DNA of 64,000 bases from an uncultured virus (IMG/VR IMGVR_UViG_3300009509_000003) (Duplodnaviria > Heunggongvirae > Uroviricota > Caudoviricetes): the IMG/VR virus record IMGVR_UViG_3300009509_000003; one strand, given 5' to 3'. Numbering within the stretch: position 1 is the first letter of the stretch; each line of letters opens with the position of its first letter. Position numbers and translations under genes: made by a program. The notes under the pieces were generated by a model. It saw only the letters and a program-made list of their open reading frames with translations. It did not search any database and had not been told where the DNA came from. Shown piece after piece: positions 1 to 9,837 of this stretch.

Positions 1-525
1 CACCCCCAGCGGACCAACTTCTCAAGCGCGTCTCGGACTTGGACTCCGCTGTCGTTCAGTCCGAGGCTGACGGAGATTTCAGGCTCGTACACGGACGCGA
101 TAAAGCGCACCCCGTCATCGAGTTGAAGCTCCATGGCTTTGTAAAGCAATATTTCTAGGACGGCTTTCGGGTAGATCCCCGTCGCTACCGTTGCGTCCAA
201 CGCGGAGCGACGAATAAGTACTGAGGTTCCGAAGTCAGTAATCACGAACCACCTCCCATCGCAAGGGGCTCGCGCAAAAGAAAACGCGAACCCACTCAGA
301 GGCCCAACGGAGATCGAGGATCGCTTGATGCTGTGAGACGCGGCGCGTGAAGCGCCTTTGGGCGTGGCTTGCGCCGACGCCTATCCTCGAACCCGATTCT
401 CTGAGTGGGCTCGCGCAGGAAACATCTTATCACATAGAAACATCATCACATCAAGCCTTTTCCACATTCGGCGTTGGGCAGGCACCGAATCAGAAGTCCG
501 ATATTGCCCGGCGGAGGGCCGCCGG

Positions 526-1521
526 TCAAGAATTTTCGTCGGAATTTTTGTATGGTCCCGTAATTTCAGTCGATCTAGTTCGAGAGGCCCGATACCCGAG
601 TTTTTCGCAGATCGGATCGGAGGATGTCGCGCATCCCGGCGAGCCAGGCTGACACCAGAAGGCGTTGTGCGTATCGAGTCCCTTTACCCGAGCGAGCCCT
701 CTTTCGCAGGCGTGGCGGTCATCGCAAGCGCCGCCGTCGTCTTCGCAGCGACCTCCCCAGGTGATTACCCGAGCCGTGGTGATTATCAGAGGCTCTCCGT
801 CGGTCAGCCGCTTGGCTATGTTCGCTGTTCGCTGGCACCTCTTGAGCAGATGGCGATCCCACATATTTCCAGGAAGACGAAAACTCTCTGGACGCTCACA
901 GGACAGCTCCAGTTCCCGTAGCCACATCTGTCGCTTGTTGCGGGCAGGCACAACACCGAGGACAAACCGACTCGCTCTTTTCATCACGGAGAGCATCGTC
1001 TCTCCGCCGTCGTCGCACTCGGTGATCTTGCGAAAAAATCTCCGATTGCAGCTCCGGCTTCGAATGTTGCTCAACACTTGCCATATCCCGATGCAGTCGT
1101 CTTCTGAACCGGCTTGCTCGCTCATACAAATGCGAAATAGCCCAGTCGTAATAGCTTCGTCGGCCTCTTTCTCCGGCACGTTCCACAGTCTCGCGCGCGT
1201 GTCCGCGGGGGCTTCCCAGGTGTAGCGCTCCACACGTCGGGTCTTCCTCTTCGGCGCCGGTGGGGTCCAAACAACCTCCTTGTTGCGCTCCAACTCCGCA
1301 AACATGCGGTCCAGCTCGGCGTTCCTCTTCGCCATCGACTCGGACACAGACACACCGGGAGCCTCCGGAGAAGACAACGTCTGCGGCGACGCCGCTTCGG
1401 CCTCCGTCTCCTCCAGACTCAGGAAAGGGACCACAGACGCTCCGGCTGCGATTGCAATCAACACCGCGCCTGTTACCATCACACCCCTGAGTTTTCTCGA
1501 CACTCCACTCCAAGTAGCCAT
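526..1521 (-). CDS. Membrane-anchored Cys-rich hypothetical protein
   Basis: 331 aa ORF with GGAGG RBS and an N-terminal hydrophobic segment. Confidence 0.7.
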   Translation of the reverse strand: MATWSGVSRKLRGVMVTGAVLIAIAAGASVVPFLSLEETEAEAASPQTLSSPEAPGVSVSESMAKRNAELDRMFAELERNKEVVWTPPAPKRKTRRVERYTWEAPADTRARLWNVPEKEADEAITTGLFRICMSEQAGSEDDCIGIWQVLSNIRSRSCNRRFFRKITECDDGGETMLSVMKRASRFVLGVVPARNKRQMWLRELELSCERPESFRLPGNMWDRHLLKRCQRTANIAKRLTDGEPLIITTARVITWGGRCEDDGGACDDRHACERGLARVKGLDTHNAFWCQPGSPGCATSSDPICEKLGYRASRTRSTEITGPYKNSDENS

Positions 1522-1694
1522 GAGCTACCTCCTCTCCCGCCCGGCACACCGGGATCGAGTTCGCTAGATGTACTGGGATAGGTCGGCGTGCAAGGCGTAA
1601 ATCATGATCGCCCACAATACCACACTCGATGCCGATCTTTCTAGTCGATGAAGTGATTTCATGCGGATCGTACTACCACCTAGCGCGAGAATAG

Positions 1695-2390
1695 TCAACG
1701 CATATACTTGCTCTGTAGAAGATCGATGTCGTAATCGGTAACGTGCGCTTGCGACATGTGGTCGGAGTTCCAATCCTCTCGAGTGATCGGAAACATCACT
1801 GATAGGTTGAAGTCGTCGTGAGCCAGCCCCGCCAAATGGAGGAGTTCGTGCCGGAGTACGAGGTAGAGTGTTCGTTCCACAGATACCACGTCTGACCGCA
1901 AGTAGACGTATCCACGTAGGTTGGTTCCGGTTCTCGTATGAAACACTCTTCCCGGTGGGGGAGAATTCGAGCCGACGAAGGCAGCTCCGAAGTGAACTTC
2001 AGCGTTCGAGGCGTGTACTCCGGAGACCACCCGGTAAAGATCGAAGCCAAGTTGTTGGTTGAGATCTTCAACGGTGTGTTGGAGCGCCCGGACTTCATCT
2101 GAGTTTTCATCCAGTAGCTCCCCTTCAGACGATATGGGCGCGAGGGACAGCGGTATCTGTTTCTGCGGCCATTGAAGTTCTTCAATCCTCTCACATGTGC
2201 CATACCCTACTCCGCCTTCGATTTGCGATGCGCCGTATACTGCTGTCCCTTCTTCGCTCCAACATACTTCGAGCAACCCAGCTTCGGTGTGATGGGTTAT
2301 TCCCCATACGAGCGCTGCAGCGGCCCCGATAGCCAAGATTGCGGCCACTACGGTGATGGCGATATTTACAGGTCTTTTGAACCAAGACAT
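1695..2390 (-). CDS. Matrixin/metzincin-like zinc metalloprotease, membrane-anchored
   Basis: HELLHLAGLAH (HExxHxxGxxH), SVM Met-turn and an N-terminal TM helix. Confidence 0.8.
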   Translation of the reverse strand: MSWFKRPVNIAITVVAAILAIGAAAALVWGITHHTEAGLLEVCWSEEGTAVYGASQIEGGVGYGTCERIEELQWPQKQIPLSLAPISSEGELLDENSDEVRALQHTVEDLNQQLGFDLYRVVSGVHASNAEVHFGAAFVGSNSPPPGRVFHTRTGTNLRGYVYLRSDVVSVERTLYLVLRHELLHLAGLAHDDFNLSVMFPITREDWNSDHMSQAHVTDYDIDLLQSKYMR

Positions 2391-2407
2391 GGCTCCTCCT
2401 TTTTTCG

Positions 2408-2869
2408 CTAGAATAGGTCGGTGGCGGCTTCCAGGTCAAAGGCTTCCTCCCTCGGAGCAGTGAGAGGTGAGCTGCGGATCAGCGCCAAAGACTTGTGCGT
2501 CGTTGAGACGACGTAGACACCGACATTGTCTGAAGAGTCTTTGAATTCAGACCGTAGAAAGACTTTCAACCCGGTCGGTCCGAACGGTCCGGCCACAGAA
2601 TCCCCACCGTCGTCAACGAAAAACAACTTCGTCCGATGAGTAGGATCGTAGCCGCTCGGATCGACGACGTAGAGCCTCCCTCCCTTCTCTTTGATGCGCG
2701 GCGCTATTGCACTGTAAATCGTCTCGAGAAGGGGTAGTGGGACCACCCACGGTGTGCTTGGAGCCCCGAGAGTGCCGGCGGAACGTATTTCTGTAGCTCG
2801 TTGACAGCAAGGACATTTGCCCGGAGGTCCTTCATAGACTGTCCGGGCCTTCGGAGCTTTCCTTCTCAT
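2408..2869 (-). CDS. Hypothetical protein with CxxC
   Basis: ATG overlaps the stop of the upstream VWA gene. Confidence 0.55.
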   Translation of the reverse strand: MRRKAPKARTVYEGPPGKCPCCQRATEIRSAGTLGAPSTPWVVPLPLLETIYSAIAPRIKEKGGRLYVVDPSGYDPTHRTKLFFVDDGGDSVAGPFGPTGLKVFLRSEFKDSSDNVGVYVVSTTHKSLALIRSSPLTAPREEAFDLEAATDLF

Positions 2870-4857
2870 CGGGATCGAAGATACTCGACGAACGCTCCCG
2901 TTACCAGCTCGATGAGACCAGAACCGAAAGCCGCATCGTTCATGACTCTCCAATGCCGGCTGTGTCCGAACATCTTTTCCATGTCCACGGCCTCGACATC
3001 ATTGCCAATCATGACGCCTGTCACGCCTATGCCGTTGGATCTCGCTTCCAGAATGTTCTTCTTGACGAAGCTCATCAGCATTTTCGTCCCGAACTGAGCC
3101 CCATCGCGCCTAGAGAACATCGGAAACCCGTCACTGATAACGAAGAGGTGCTTCTTATCCGTTCCGTCTTCCAGCTCGTTGATGCCAACTCGAATTGCAG
3201 TGTGGAGCGGCGTTGTTCCTCCAACACGAGCCGAATTGGAATCGAACATCTCCTGCCCGGCCTGAAATCTCGTAATATTGACCTCGCCGTTCTTCCACGA
3301 CTGGAACCCCCACACCGATCTGGTGACGAAGGGGAAGTCCAGGGCTCGGGAGATGATGCGGCACGCGCGCTCGGCTTGATACGTGCGGTGTCCGTGCATC
3401 GAAGATGATCGATCCACAAGAATGAGGGTCTTGAAACCGCGGCCGTGACGACTGACACGAAACACCGGAATGGGGTCGTTCGTGAGGCGGCGCTGTATGT
3501 AGGCCGGAATATCGATTTGCGACCCGGCTTCCTCCAGCATGTTCACTCTGCGCCCCATCACTCGGTGGAATATGGCTCTCAGCCGGTTGATGGTGTCTTC
3601 GTCGTCATCCCCCATTTTCAGGTGAGGATTCATATGCTCGGAAGTCAAAACGTCGGAGAACACAACTTTGGCGTAGGAGTCCTTTCGGATGAGGTCGTCG
3701 TGCACCATGGCGTTCCTCACCACATGCCTGGCCTTGTTCACGATGTTCATCATGGCCGCAGTGGACGCGCCCAGCGCATCTTCAAGCTTCCCAGTGTCCT
3801 TCACCGCGGCGTTCATGGCCGTCCGAGCCGTCCGCTTGGCTCGTTGCTCCTCGCCACGGCGTTTGTATTTGCTCTCTTGAAGCTCTTGTGGATTATTTCT
3901 CGAGTATTTTTGACCATCTAGCTTGTCTATCGCGTCTTTGAGGGCTTCGGCTCGCTCGTGGGCGTCAGAACTGGCTGACGGGGGCGGCTCCCACGCCTCC
4001 TGTCCATGTCCCCCAGACTGGCTCTCATTGGCCCCCTGAGCGTCGTCTTGCTCCCAGGGCATGAGGGGAGGACCTTGGTCGCTATCGTCCGATGGGAGCC
4101 CCCCAGAGCCTGCTTGAGAGCCCTTCGGGTCGTCGGCGTCGCCTTTGTCCGGCCCCTTTCCAGGTTTAGGCATAGGTGGAGGGGGCAGCTGTCGACTCTC
4201 TCGTATGATCTCGGAAACGAGCTGCACTACCAACCACTTCGTCGTGACAAGGCAGCCGCAGTAGTCTCGAAGGTGGACTTTCCGAAGCGCCTCGACCATG
4301 TAAGGTCGGAACCTATCAAGTTTTCCTGGCGGTACATCGTTCCCGCTCGCGAGCGCGGAAAAGAAATCGAGCAGGCTCTCGTGGGCCCGCTGGATGTGAG
4401 GCGCGGCCTCGTCTCTCTTCATGGTTCGCATGATCGCTTCCGACCCGCGGTAGAGCAGACCCCACAGCGATATCACCCTCTCGTCGTCGAGAACGTCGAT
4501 TACGCCGGAGAGAGCCAACCGAAGCTCTCGCACGTTGATCGTCACACCCGAGTTCGCGGCAACCTGCCCGATCTTATCAGCGTATTCCTCGATGAATTGC
4601 ACCTTAGCTAACAGGTCGCTCTGAAAAAGAATGTGGCTTATCTCGTGCTCGGTGTACTGATACGCGCGCGCGTGGACGAAGGGCACCTCGATCATATGCC
4701 CGTCCGTCTTAGGCTGACCGTCCGTAGCGTCTCGGAGCCAGAGCTTTCGCTCGCATATCCCAGAGAAAACGTCCACGGTTTTGTAGCACATGGATTTTCT
4801 GGATGACTCGATCGCGTTCTCGGCTTTTACGAGAGCGTTGACATCGATAGCGGTCAT
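2866..4857 (-). CDS. VWA-domain protein (CobT/NorD-like), partner of the AAA+ ATPase
   Basis: C-terminal MIDAS LVDRSSSM...GGTTPL...VISDG and N-terminal HEISH. Confidence 0.8.
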   Translation of the reverse strand: MTAIDVNALVKAENAIESSRKSMCYKTVDVFSGICERKLWLRDATDGQPKTDGHMIEVPFVHARAYQYTEHEISHILFQSDLLAKVQFIEEYADKIGQVAANSGVTINVRELRLALSGVIDVLDDERVISLWGLLYRGSEAIMRTMKRDEAAPHIQRAHESLLDFFSALASGNDVPPGKLDRFRPYMVEALRKVHLRDYCGCLVTTKWLVVQLVSEIIRESRQLPPPPMPKPGKGPDKGDADDPKGSQAGSGGLPSDDSDQGPPLMPWEQDDAQGANESQSGGHGQEAWEPPPSASSDAHERAEALKDAIDKLDGQKYSRNNPQELQESKYKRRGEEQRAKRTARTAMNAAVKDTGKLEDALGASTAAMMNIVNKARHVVRNAMVHDDLIRKDSYAKVVFSDVLTSEHMNPHLKMGDDDEDTINRLRAIFHRVMGRRVNMLEEAGSQIDIPAYIQRRLTNDPIPVFRVSRHGRGFKTLILVDRSSSMHGHRTYQAERACRIISRALDFPFVTRSVWGFQSWKNGEVNITRFQAGQEMFDSNSARVGGTTPLHTAIRVGINELEDGTDKKHLFVISDGFPMFSRRDGAQFGTKMLMSFVKKNILEARSNGIGVTGVMIGNDVEAVDMEKMFGHSRHWRVMNDAAFGSGLIELVTGAFVEYLRSR

Positions 4858-4865
4858 GGCTCCTC

Positions 4866-5690
4866 CTAGATGTCGGCGCCGAAAATGGACATCACTCGGA
4901 TCTTGAAATAGTCGCGATCCTGTCCCTCGAATTTCCCACTAGCGAGTCTCAAAGCGCTCTCCATACCGCACCGACCGGCGTCCTCGAGAATTTGGACCAC
5001 GTCTCGTGTCGATAGCGAGTAGGCCAGCGATTGTTGTCGTGTCTCGTGTGCGAGCGTGAGAACGTCTTTGAGCTGCTTATTGTCAGCGTCGGCGATAACG
5101 GCTTTCATGATCCGCGTCTCTTCGCCCTTCGACGGATATCCAACGGGCAGCATACGGAAGCGGCTCTTCAGGTCTTCATTCAGAGCGTAGACGCCTCCGT
5201 ATACCGCAGTGTTCATGGTGCCGCAAAGCCAGAGCTTCGCGCCGTCCTTCAGCTCGAAGACCTGTTTGCACTCAGGCACCTCGACGCGCCTCCGGTAATC
5301 TCCGATGGCGTTGAGCATCTTCTGAACCGCGGGGGTCAAAGCGTTGATCTCTTCGAGGCACAGAATGCACCGACCGACCTCGTTGGCGACCTCGATGGCT
5401 GTCGGAATGGGCCCGAGAACGAAGGGGCTCTCGTTACCTTTCAGCGTAAACATGCCAAGCAAGTGACTTCTCCGAACGTCCTCCGAGCAGTCGAAGGTCA
5501 CTATCGGGTGCTCCTCCTTTCCCGCCCACGAGGCGACGGAGAGCGTCTTTGCCACGCCCTTCGGTCCCACTAAAATCATGTTCGCGTGAAACGCTATCTT
5601 GTCGAAAAGCGGATGCAGGTTGAACACGTCCTCGTAAACGAGATCGGCGTTGGGGGCGAACGCTTCGTTGGGTAGTCTCTCTATCGTCAT
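4866..5690 (-). CDS. MoxR/CbbQ/NirQ-family AAA+ ATPase
   Basis: Walker A GPKGVAKT, Walker B LCLEEIN, TMN sensor, LKSRF, LSTRD. Confidence 0.85.
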   Translation of the reverse strand: MTIERLPNEAFAPNADLVYEDVFNLHPLFDKIAFHANMILVGPKGVAKTLSVASWAGKEEHPIVTFDCSEDVRRSHLLGMFTLKGNESPFVLGPIPTAIEVANEVGRCILCLEEINALTPAVQKMLNAIGDYRRRVEVPECKQVFELKDGAKLWLCGTMNTAVYGGVYALNEDLKSRFRMLPVGYPSKGEETRIMKAVIADADNKQLKDVLTLAHETRQQSLAYSLSTRDVVQILEDAGRCGMESALRLASGKFEGQDRDYFKIRVMSIFGADI

Positions 5691-5691
5691 G

Positions 5692-6261
5692 TCACTTGCC
5701 CTTTCTGGACCCGATGGCCTTCGGCCTCTTCTTCGATGTCGGGCCTGACGGCTCTTCGGACTTGGGTGTGTCCATGGAGTCCAAAATGTCCTTCACCTCA
5801 TATGATTCACGCAGGCGTAGTGCCCATGTGACCTTCCTTGCCTCTTCCACCTTGTCCTTTGGAAGCTTTCCGAGATCGACCATCTCTTGCAGCTTCGACG
5901 GATCGAGAACCACGACCGTCGTCTTTGAGAAGACATCGCTGACTTTCAACCCGCGCTCTTCCATCAGCGTGCGAATGGCGTCCTCTTCCGGCATGGGCGA
6001 TTGTCTGCGCTCTCGGAACACTTTGGTGTTGCTCACGGTGAGCATCTTGCCCCCGTGCTCGGTGTCGGTTCCGAAGCTCTCTGCTTTCTTCAGCAGAATT
6101 TTCCGAATCGCCTTCATCCGATTTTCAGAGCGTTCTTTCAGGTATTTCACGGCGAGATAGACGTGGGCCAGCTCGTCCACATCCATATCGGCCGGGTCTC
6201 GGACCATGAGTCCGCTTGTCATGATCGGTCGAATGTATTTTTCTGCGATGGCTCTAAACAT
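5692..6261 (-). CDS. Hypothetical protein
   Basis: 189 aa ORF tightly packed in the operon. Confidence 0.7.
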   Translation of the reverse strand: MFRAIAEKYIRPIMTSGLMVRDPADMDVDELAHVYLAVKYLKERSENRMKAIRKILLKKAESFGTDTEHGGKMLTVSNTKVFRERRQSPMPEEDAIRTLMEERGLKVSDVFSKTTVVVLDPSKLQEMVDLGKLPKDKVEEARKVTWALRLRESYEVKDILDSMDTPKSEEPSGPTSKKRPKAIGSRKGK

Positions 6262-6262
6262 T

Positions 6263-6532
6263 TCAGTCCTCTTCTAGCTCGATCAAAAGATGGCGACCGT
6301 CTTTCATACCGATCGCGGAAAATAGTTGTCTCAGCGCTGTGATAGTTCGACCGCGGCGTCCTATGATCGAACCTCGATCTTCCGGCCGAACATATAGCCG
6401 CAGCACCGCCCTCGAGTCGCCCCGAGGTTCCTCTTCTACTCTCACGTGCACGGGAGAAGTAACGAGGGAGCGAGCAATCTCCGCCAATAGCGCCCTGTCC
6501 TCCAATGCCGAGAGCGGTCTAGCGTCCGCCAT
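6263..6532 (-). CDS. KhpA-like KH-domain RNA-binding protein
   Basis: EDRGSIIGRRGRTITALR (GxxG KH loop), about 89 aa. Confidence 0.85.
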   Translation of the reverse strand: MADARPLSALEDRALLAEIARSLVTSPVHVRVEEEPRGDSRAVLRLYVRPEDRGSIIGRRGRTITALRQLFSAIGMKDGRHLLIELEED

Positions 6533-6752
6533 CGGGGTCCTCCTTTGGGTTGGCTTTATAAAGGTCTCGCAGATGAGACTTGATCAGCTCGCAGGGGTCG
6601 AAGTACGCGCAGTCCCAACATGAAGACACGCGCTTCGACCCCTTGCACAGCTGTACTTTTCGGAATCGAAATTCCTTTTCGTAGAGGGGAGTGCCAGGTT
6701 TGAGGCCGGCGGCCTCAAGCTCGACCTTCAGTTCCTCCAGCACGCGACTCAT
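6519..6752 (-). CDS. Hypothetical Cys-rich protein
   Basis: Overlapping gene packing. Confidence 0.5.
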   Translation of the reverse strand: MSRVLEELKVELEAAGLKPGTPLYEKEFRFRKVQLCKGSKRVSSCWDCAYFDPCELIKSHLRDLYKANPKEDPDGGR

Positions 6753-6988
6753 GAGCCGTGCTCCGCAGCTCTTCGATCACCATGCCGGGCGAATCGACGG
6801 CGATTGCGAAGCACTTCTTGTGGGCCGTTCCCCACAGCCTCCAGCCTATCGACTGGGAGCCCTTCGTTATTCGCACCGCCTGTTGCTTCGGAGTCACCTC
6901 TTTGCCGCACACCACGCAGCGTATTTTCTTCGGTGCACTCACGACGCTGACTATACAAAGTTTTAGTGGTAACCACAACTGCTCCCAT

Positions 6989-7234
6989 CTAGTGGGTCTT
7001 CACCAATTCCACGCTCAACGTGCTTGTTTCGGACGAGTACCAGAATCGAACTGGACCGTCGTATTCGTCGGCACGCTTCAACGCGTCGGCTGCCGCCGAG
7101 TGGGGCCCTATGATTCTAGCCGCAGTCTCGACTTGCTCTCGAGTCAGCTCCTTAGCGTCACCCGCCAAAGGGATGAGGCATTCGGTGCGAGAGAAAGTCA
7201 CTTTCGGCTGCTCGTCGCCCATCTCAGTCCCCAA
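6989..7234 (-). CDS. Hypothetical protein
   Basis: Packed ORF downstream of UDG. Confidence 0.5.
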   Translation of the reverse strand: MGTEMGDEQPKVTFSRTECLIPLAGDAKELTREQVETAARIIGPHSAAADALKRADEYDGPVRFWYSSETSTLSVELVKTH

Positions 7235-7919
7235 ACAGCGGGCCGTGCTCTTGCGCTGCTCGCTTCATATCCTCCACGTGCGCCATGGCCAGGTGTAAAT
7301 CTTCCCATGCCGGCTTCTTGTAGCCCGAATTTCGGAGCATAGCCGCCGGGTGATACGTCACCTGGACGGGGATTTTCTGCCAGGTGTGGATCTTCTTCCG
7401 CAGCTCAGCCAGTGTCTTGTCCCCGGTTCCGAGGATTGTGTTCCCAGCGATCTTTCCCAGCGCGATAATCATGCGCGGTCGAACGGCCATGATCTGCGAG
7501 GTCCAGACAGGTCGACACGCGTCGATTTCGTCCGCTTCCGGGTCTCGGTTTCCGGGCGGGCGACACGCGACGATGTTGCAAATATACAGCTCCGCTCTAT
7601 CGAGCTTCGCTGCCTCGAGCATCTTGTTGAACAGTTTTCCCGCCTTGCCTATGAAAGGAATACCGACGCGGTCCTCCAGCTCTCCTGGGCCTTCCCCGAT
7701 GAAGAGAAGGTCTGGTCGCTCCGTGTTTCCAGCTCCGTACACGATGTGCTTCCGCGTCTCGTGGAGGCGGCAGCGGGTGCAGTCGTGAACCTTCTGCTCC
7801 CACACCGTTTGAAGCGTAACTTTGCCTATCTGGTCTTCCATCCAGACTCTCCACCCTTCCTCATCGTAAGGACAGTCCCAAATCCATCCCCATCTCATTT
7901 CTCGACCAGCCTCTTCCAT
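7224..7919 (-). CDS. udg: Uracil-DNA glycosylase family 4 (Fe-S)
   Basis: CTRCRL, FIGEGPG, PFIGKAG, CRPPGNRDP, TYHPAA. Confidence 0.92.
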   Translation of the reverse strand: MEEAGREMRWGWIWDCPYDEEGWRVWMEDQIGKVTLQTVWEQKVHDCTRCRLHETRKHIVYGAGNTERPDLLFIGEGPGELEDRVGIPFIGKAGKLFNKMLEAAKLDRAELYICNIVACRPPGNRDPEADEIDACRPVWTSQIMAVRPRMIIALGKIAGNTILGTGDKTLAELRKKIHTWQKIPVQVTYHPAAMLRNSGYKKPAWEDLHLAMAHVEDMKRAAQEHGPLFGD

Positions 7920-8221
7920 AGCTCGAAGCGTCGACCCTGTTCGACTCCGAGTTGCACGGCGATTCCGATGATCACTTGGTAGATGTTCCGCCCCTGGTCG
8001 TCGCGGTCGTAGGCCCGTTGCTCCGGAGAGAGCTTCGACACCGGATCGAATGAGGTAGCGAGTTCGCTCAGACCTATGGTGTACCCGTCATAGGGAATGA
8101 CCACATCGTCTGAAATCTCCTCTCCCCCGTTCTCCACGACGAATTTGAGAGTCTCAGCGAGCGGGTCTACGAGATGGTCAAAAAATACAGTCTCGGTTGG
8201 AACCACAGGCCAGCTCTTCAT
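7895..8221 (-). CDS. Hypothetical protein
   Basis: AGGAGG RBS with a promoter motif upstream. Confidence 0.6.
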   Translation of the reverse strand: MKSWPVVPTETVFFDHLVDPLAETLKFVVENGGEEISDDVVIPYDGYTIGLSELATSFDPVSKLSPEQRAYDRDDQGRNIYQVIIGIAVQLGVEQGRRFELWKRLVEK

Positions 8222-8258
8222 CGTTCCTCCTTGCGAGACACGTCTCGCACCCAACAAA

Positions 8259-8290
8259 ATGCTACCAAATGCGGCCTAAATTGTCAATAG
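8259..8290 (-). promoter_or_regulatory. Sigma70-like phage promoter
   Basis: Minus strand TTGACA-17nt-TAGCAT; member of the repeated promoter family. Confidence 0.6.
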
Positions 8291-8297
8291 CAAAGAA

Positions 8298-9185
8298 TCA
8301 CGCGCGAAGGCTCTTCAGAAACGCCTCCGCGTATGGAAGATGCTTCCAGCTCGGCGGATAGACGTACTTCGCTGACCACCAGCTGTGAGTGGTTGGATGG
8401 TATTTCAGCGCGGCCTCGAAAGACACCCTCATGGCTTGCTTTGGCACCGATGCCATCATCTTCAGCTCGCCGGTCACCGTGTCTTTCACCGGCACCGTGA
8501 ACCCCTCTTGAGCCCACGCCGCGTGTCCTACTCCCAGCTCGACCTTCCCCTCTTTCACCCCCGGCACCTGCAACGCCCGGTCGAGGGTGAGCTTCTGCAT
8601 CCGTCCCGGACCGTACCGATGACCGAAGTTTACCGGCTTGCCCTCGCGCTCGTCGACGGCATAGGCCTGGACCATGAGTCTGTCAGCGTGCGGTGCCACG
8701 TCGGCTTTCGCGCTATTCTCAACATGGTATGTGAACGTCGTTACGGTATCGCGGCACTCATGTTTCGTGCATAGACGCTGTTTGATATCGACGAGAGCGT
8801 CTCCGGCCTTATCCAGATCGGGGAAGTCGACAACATCATCCTCGCCCCAGTTGAACTCTTGGTCCGTCTCCCACTCGCTGATGTAGCCGACGCTGAGCAG
8901 CTCATCCATCTTCTGCTCCATCTTGAGGAGCTGATTCAGGTCCGGGTAGGGCCACGTGGTGAGGCCGATCTCGATGGCTCGCTTGTCTGCCAGCTCGACG
9001 AGCTTCTCCACGTCCTTCGCGTTCCACGAGAAGTCAACGGCCTTGTCCGAGTCGTCGATCATCACGGACATCTGGTCGAAAAGCAGCTCCTCGTGAAACC
9101 ACTCGAAAAACTCCCCCTGCAGAACCATCGATTTCGGAAGATCGACCCACAGCCCTAAGCTGGTCTCGCTCAGGTTGTAGCTCAC
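8298..9185 (-). CDS. Hypothetical protein
   Basis: About 295 aa ORF; GTG overlaps the upstream stop. Confidence 0.65.
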   Translation of the reverse strand: MSYNLSETSLGLWVDLPKSMVLQGEFFEWFHEELLFDQMSVMIDDSDKAVDFSWNAKDVEKLVELADKRAIEIGLTTWPYPDLNQLLKMEQKMDELLSVGYISEWETDQEFNWGEDDVVDFPDLDKAGDALVDIKQRLCTKHECRDTVTTFTYHVENSAKADVAPHADRLMVQAYAVDEREGKPVNFGHRYGPGRMQKLTLDRALQVPGVKEGKVELGVGHAAWAQEGFTVPVKDTVTGELKMMASVPKQAMRVSFEAALKYHPTTHSWWSAKYVYPPSWKHLPYAEAFLKSLRA

Positions 9186-9400
9186 TGCTCCAACTCCTCG
9201 CGCGTGACCCACTGCCCTTCCGGAACTTCGTCACAGGTCTGGCACTTCTTCGCTTCGACCGGGGATACGAGCACGCGCTCGCAGCACCTCGCCACGTAGA
9301 CCTTGCCATGCCCTTGCTCGAAGAACTTCGGAGCCACCACCTTCGCAATCGCCTTCGTCTTATCGTCCATCATTTCATGGCCTCCTTTACTTTTTCCCAT
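9182..9400 (-). CDS. Small Cys-containing hypothetical protein
   Basis: Packed ORF. Confidence 0.5.
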   Translation of the reverse strand: MGKSKGGHEMMDDKTKAIAKVVAPKFFEQGHGKVYVARCCERVLVSPVEAKKCQTCDEVPEGQWVTREELEQ

Positions 9401-9427
9401 GGCACTCTTTCATCGTCCATGGGGGCA

Positions 9428-9625
9428 TCATCTACACTCCCGGCGCATGCGCGCCATCTCGCTGGCAATCTTCTCCAGCGCCCGCACCTGCCGTTCTTCG
9501 AGCGTCTGCACTGGAGCCTCTTGCGCGTGGGCGCGACTCATGAGGTTCGACCCGAACCCTACACCCACGAGGAACAGTATCAAAATTAGCCAAAACGCCA
9601 TGACTTTGGAATCGAAGCTCATCAC
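9428..9625 (-). CDS. Small membrane protein
   Basis: Hydrophobic N-terminus. Confidence 0.55.
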   Translation of the reverse strand: MMSFDSKVMAFWLILILFLVGVGFGSNLMSRAHAQEAPVQTLEERQVRALEKIASEMARMRRECR

Positions 9626-9837
9626 ATCACCAGCTTCCCAGAAGGATCAACGATGGGCGCCATCTGTTTCAGGGTTGCGTGCTCAGCAACTTCGATGACG
9701 GTGAGCAGCGCTCCGAGCGGGCCCTCGCCCTCGATGACCAGCGGCACGTTCTGCTGCAACGCGGTCACGATATCACCCTTCATCAGACGAATAAGCTTCA
9801 ACGCCTCTTTCGGCTTGGTCTTCTTTTCATCCGTCAT
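9622..9837 (-). CDS. Hypothetical protein
   Basis: Packed ORF. Confidence 0.55.
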   Translation of the reverse strand: MTDEKKTKPKEALKLIRLMKGDIVTALQQNVPLVIEGEGPLGALLTVIEVAEHATLKQMAPIVDPSGKLVM

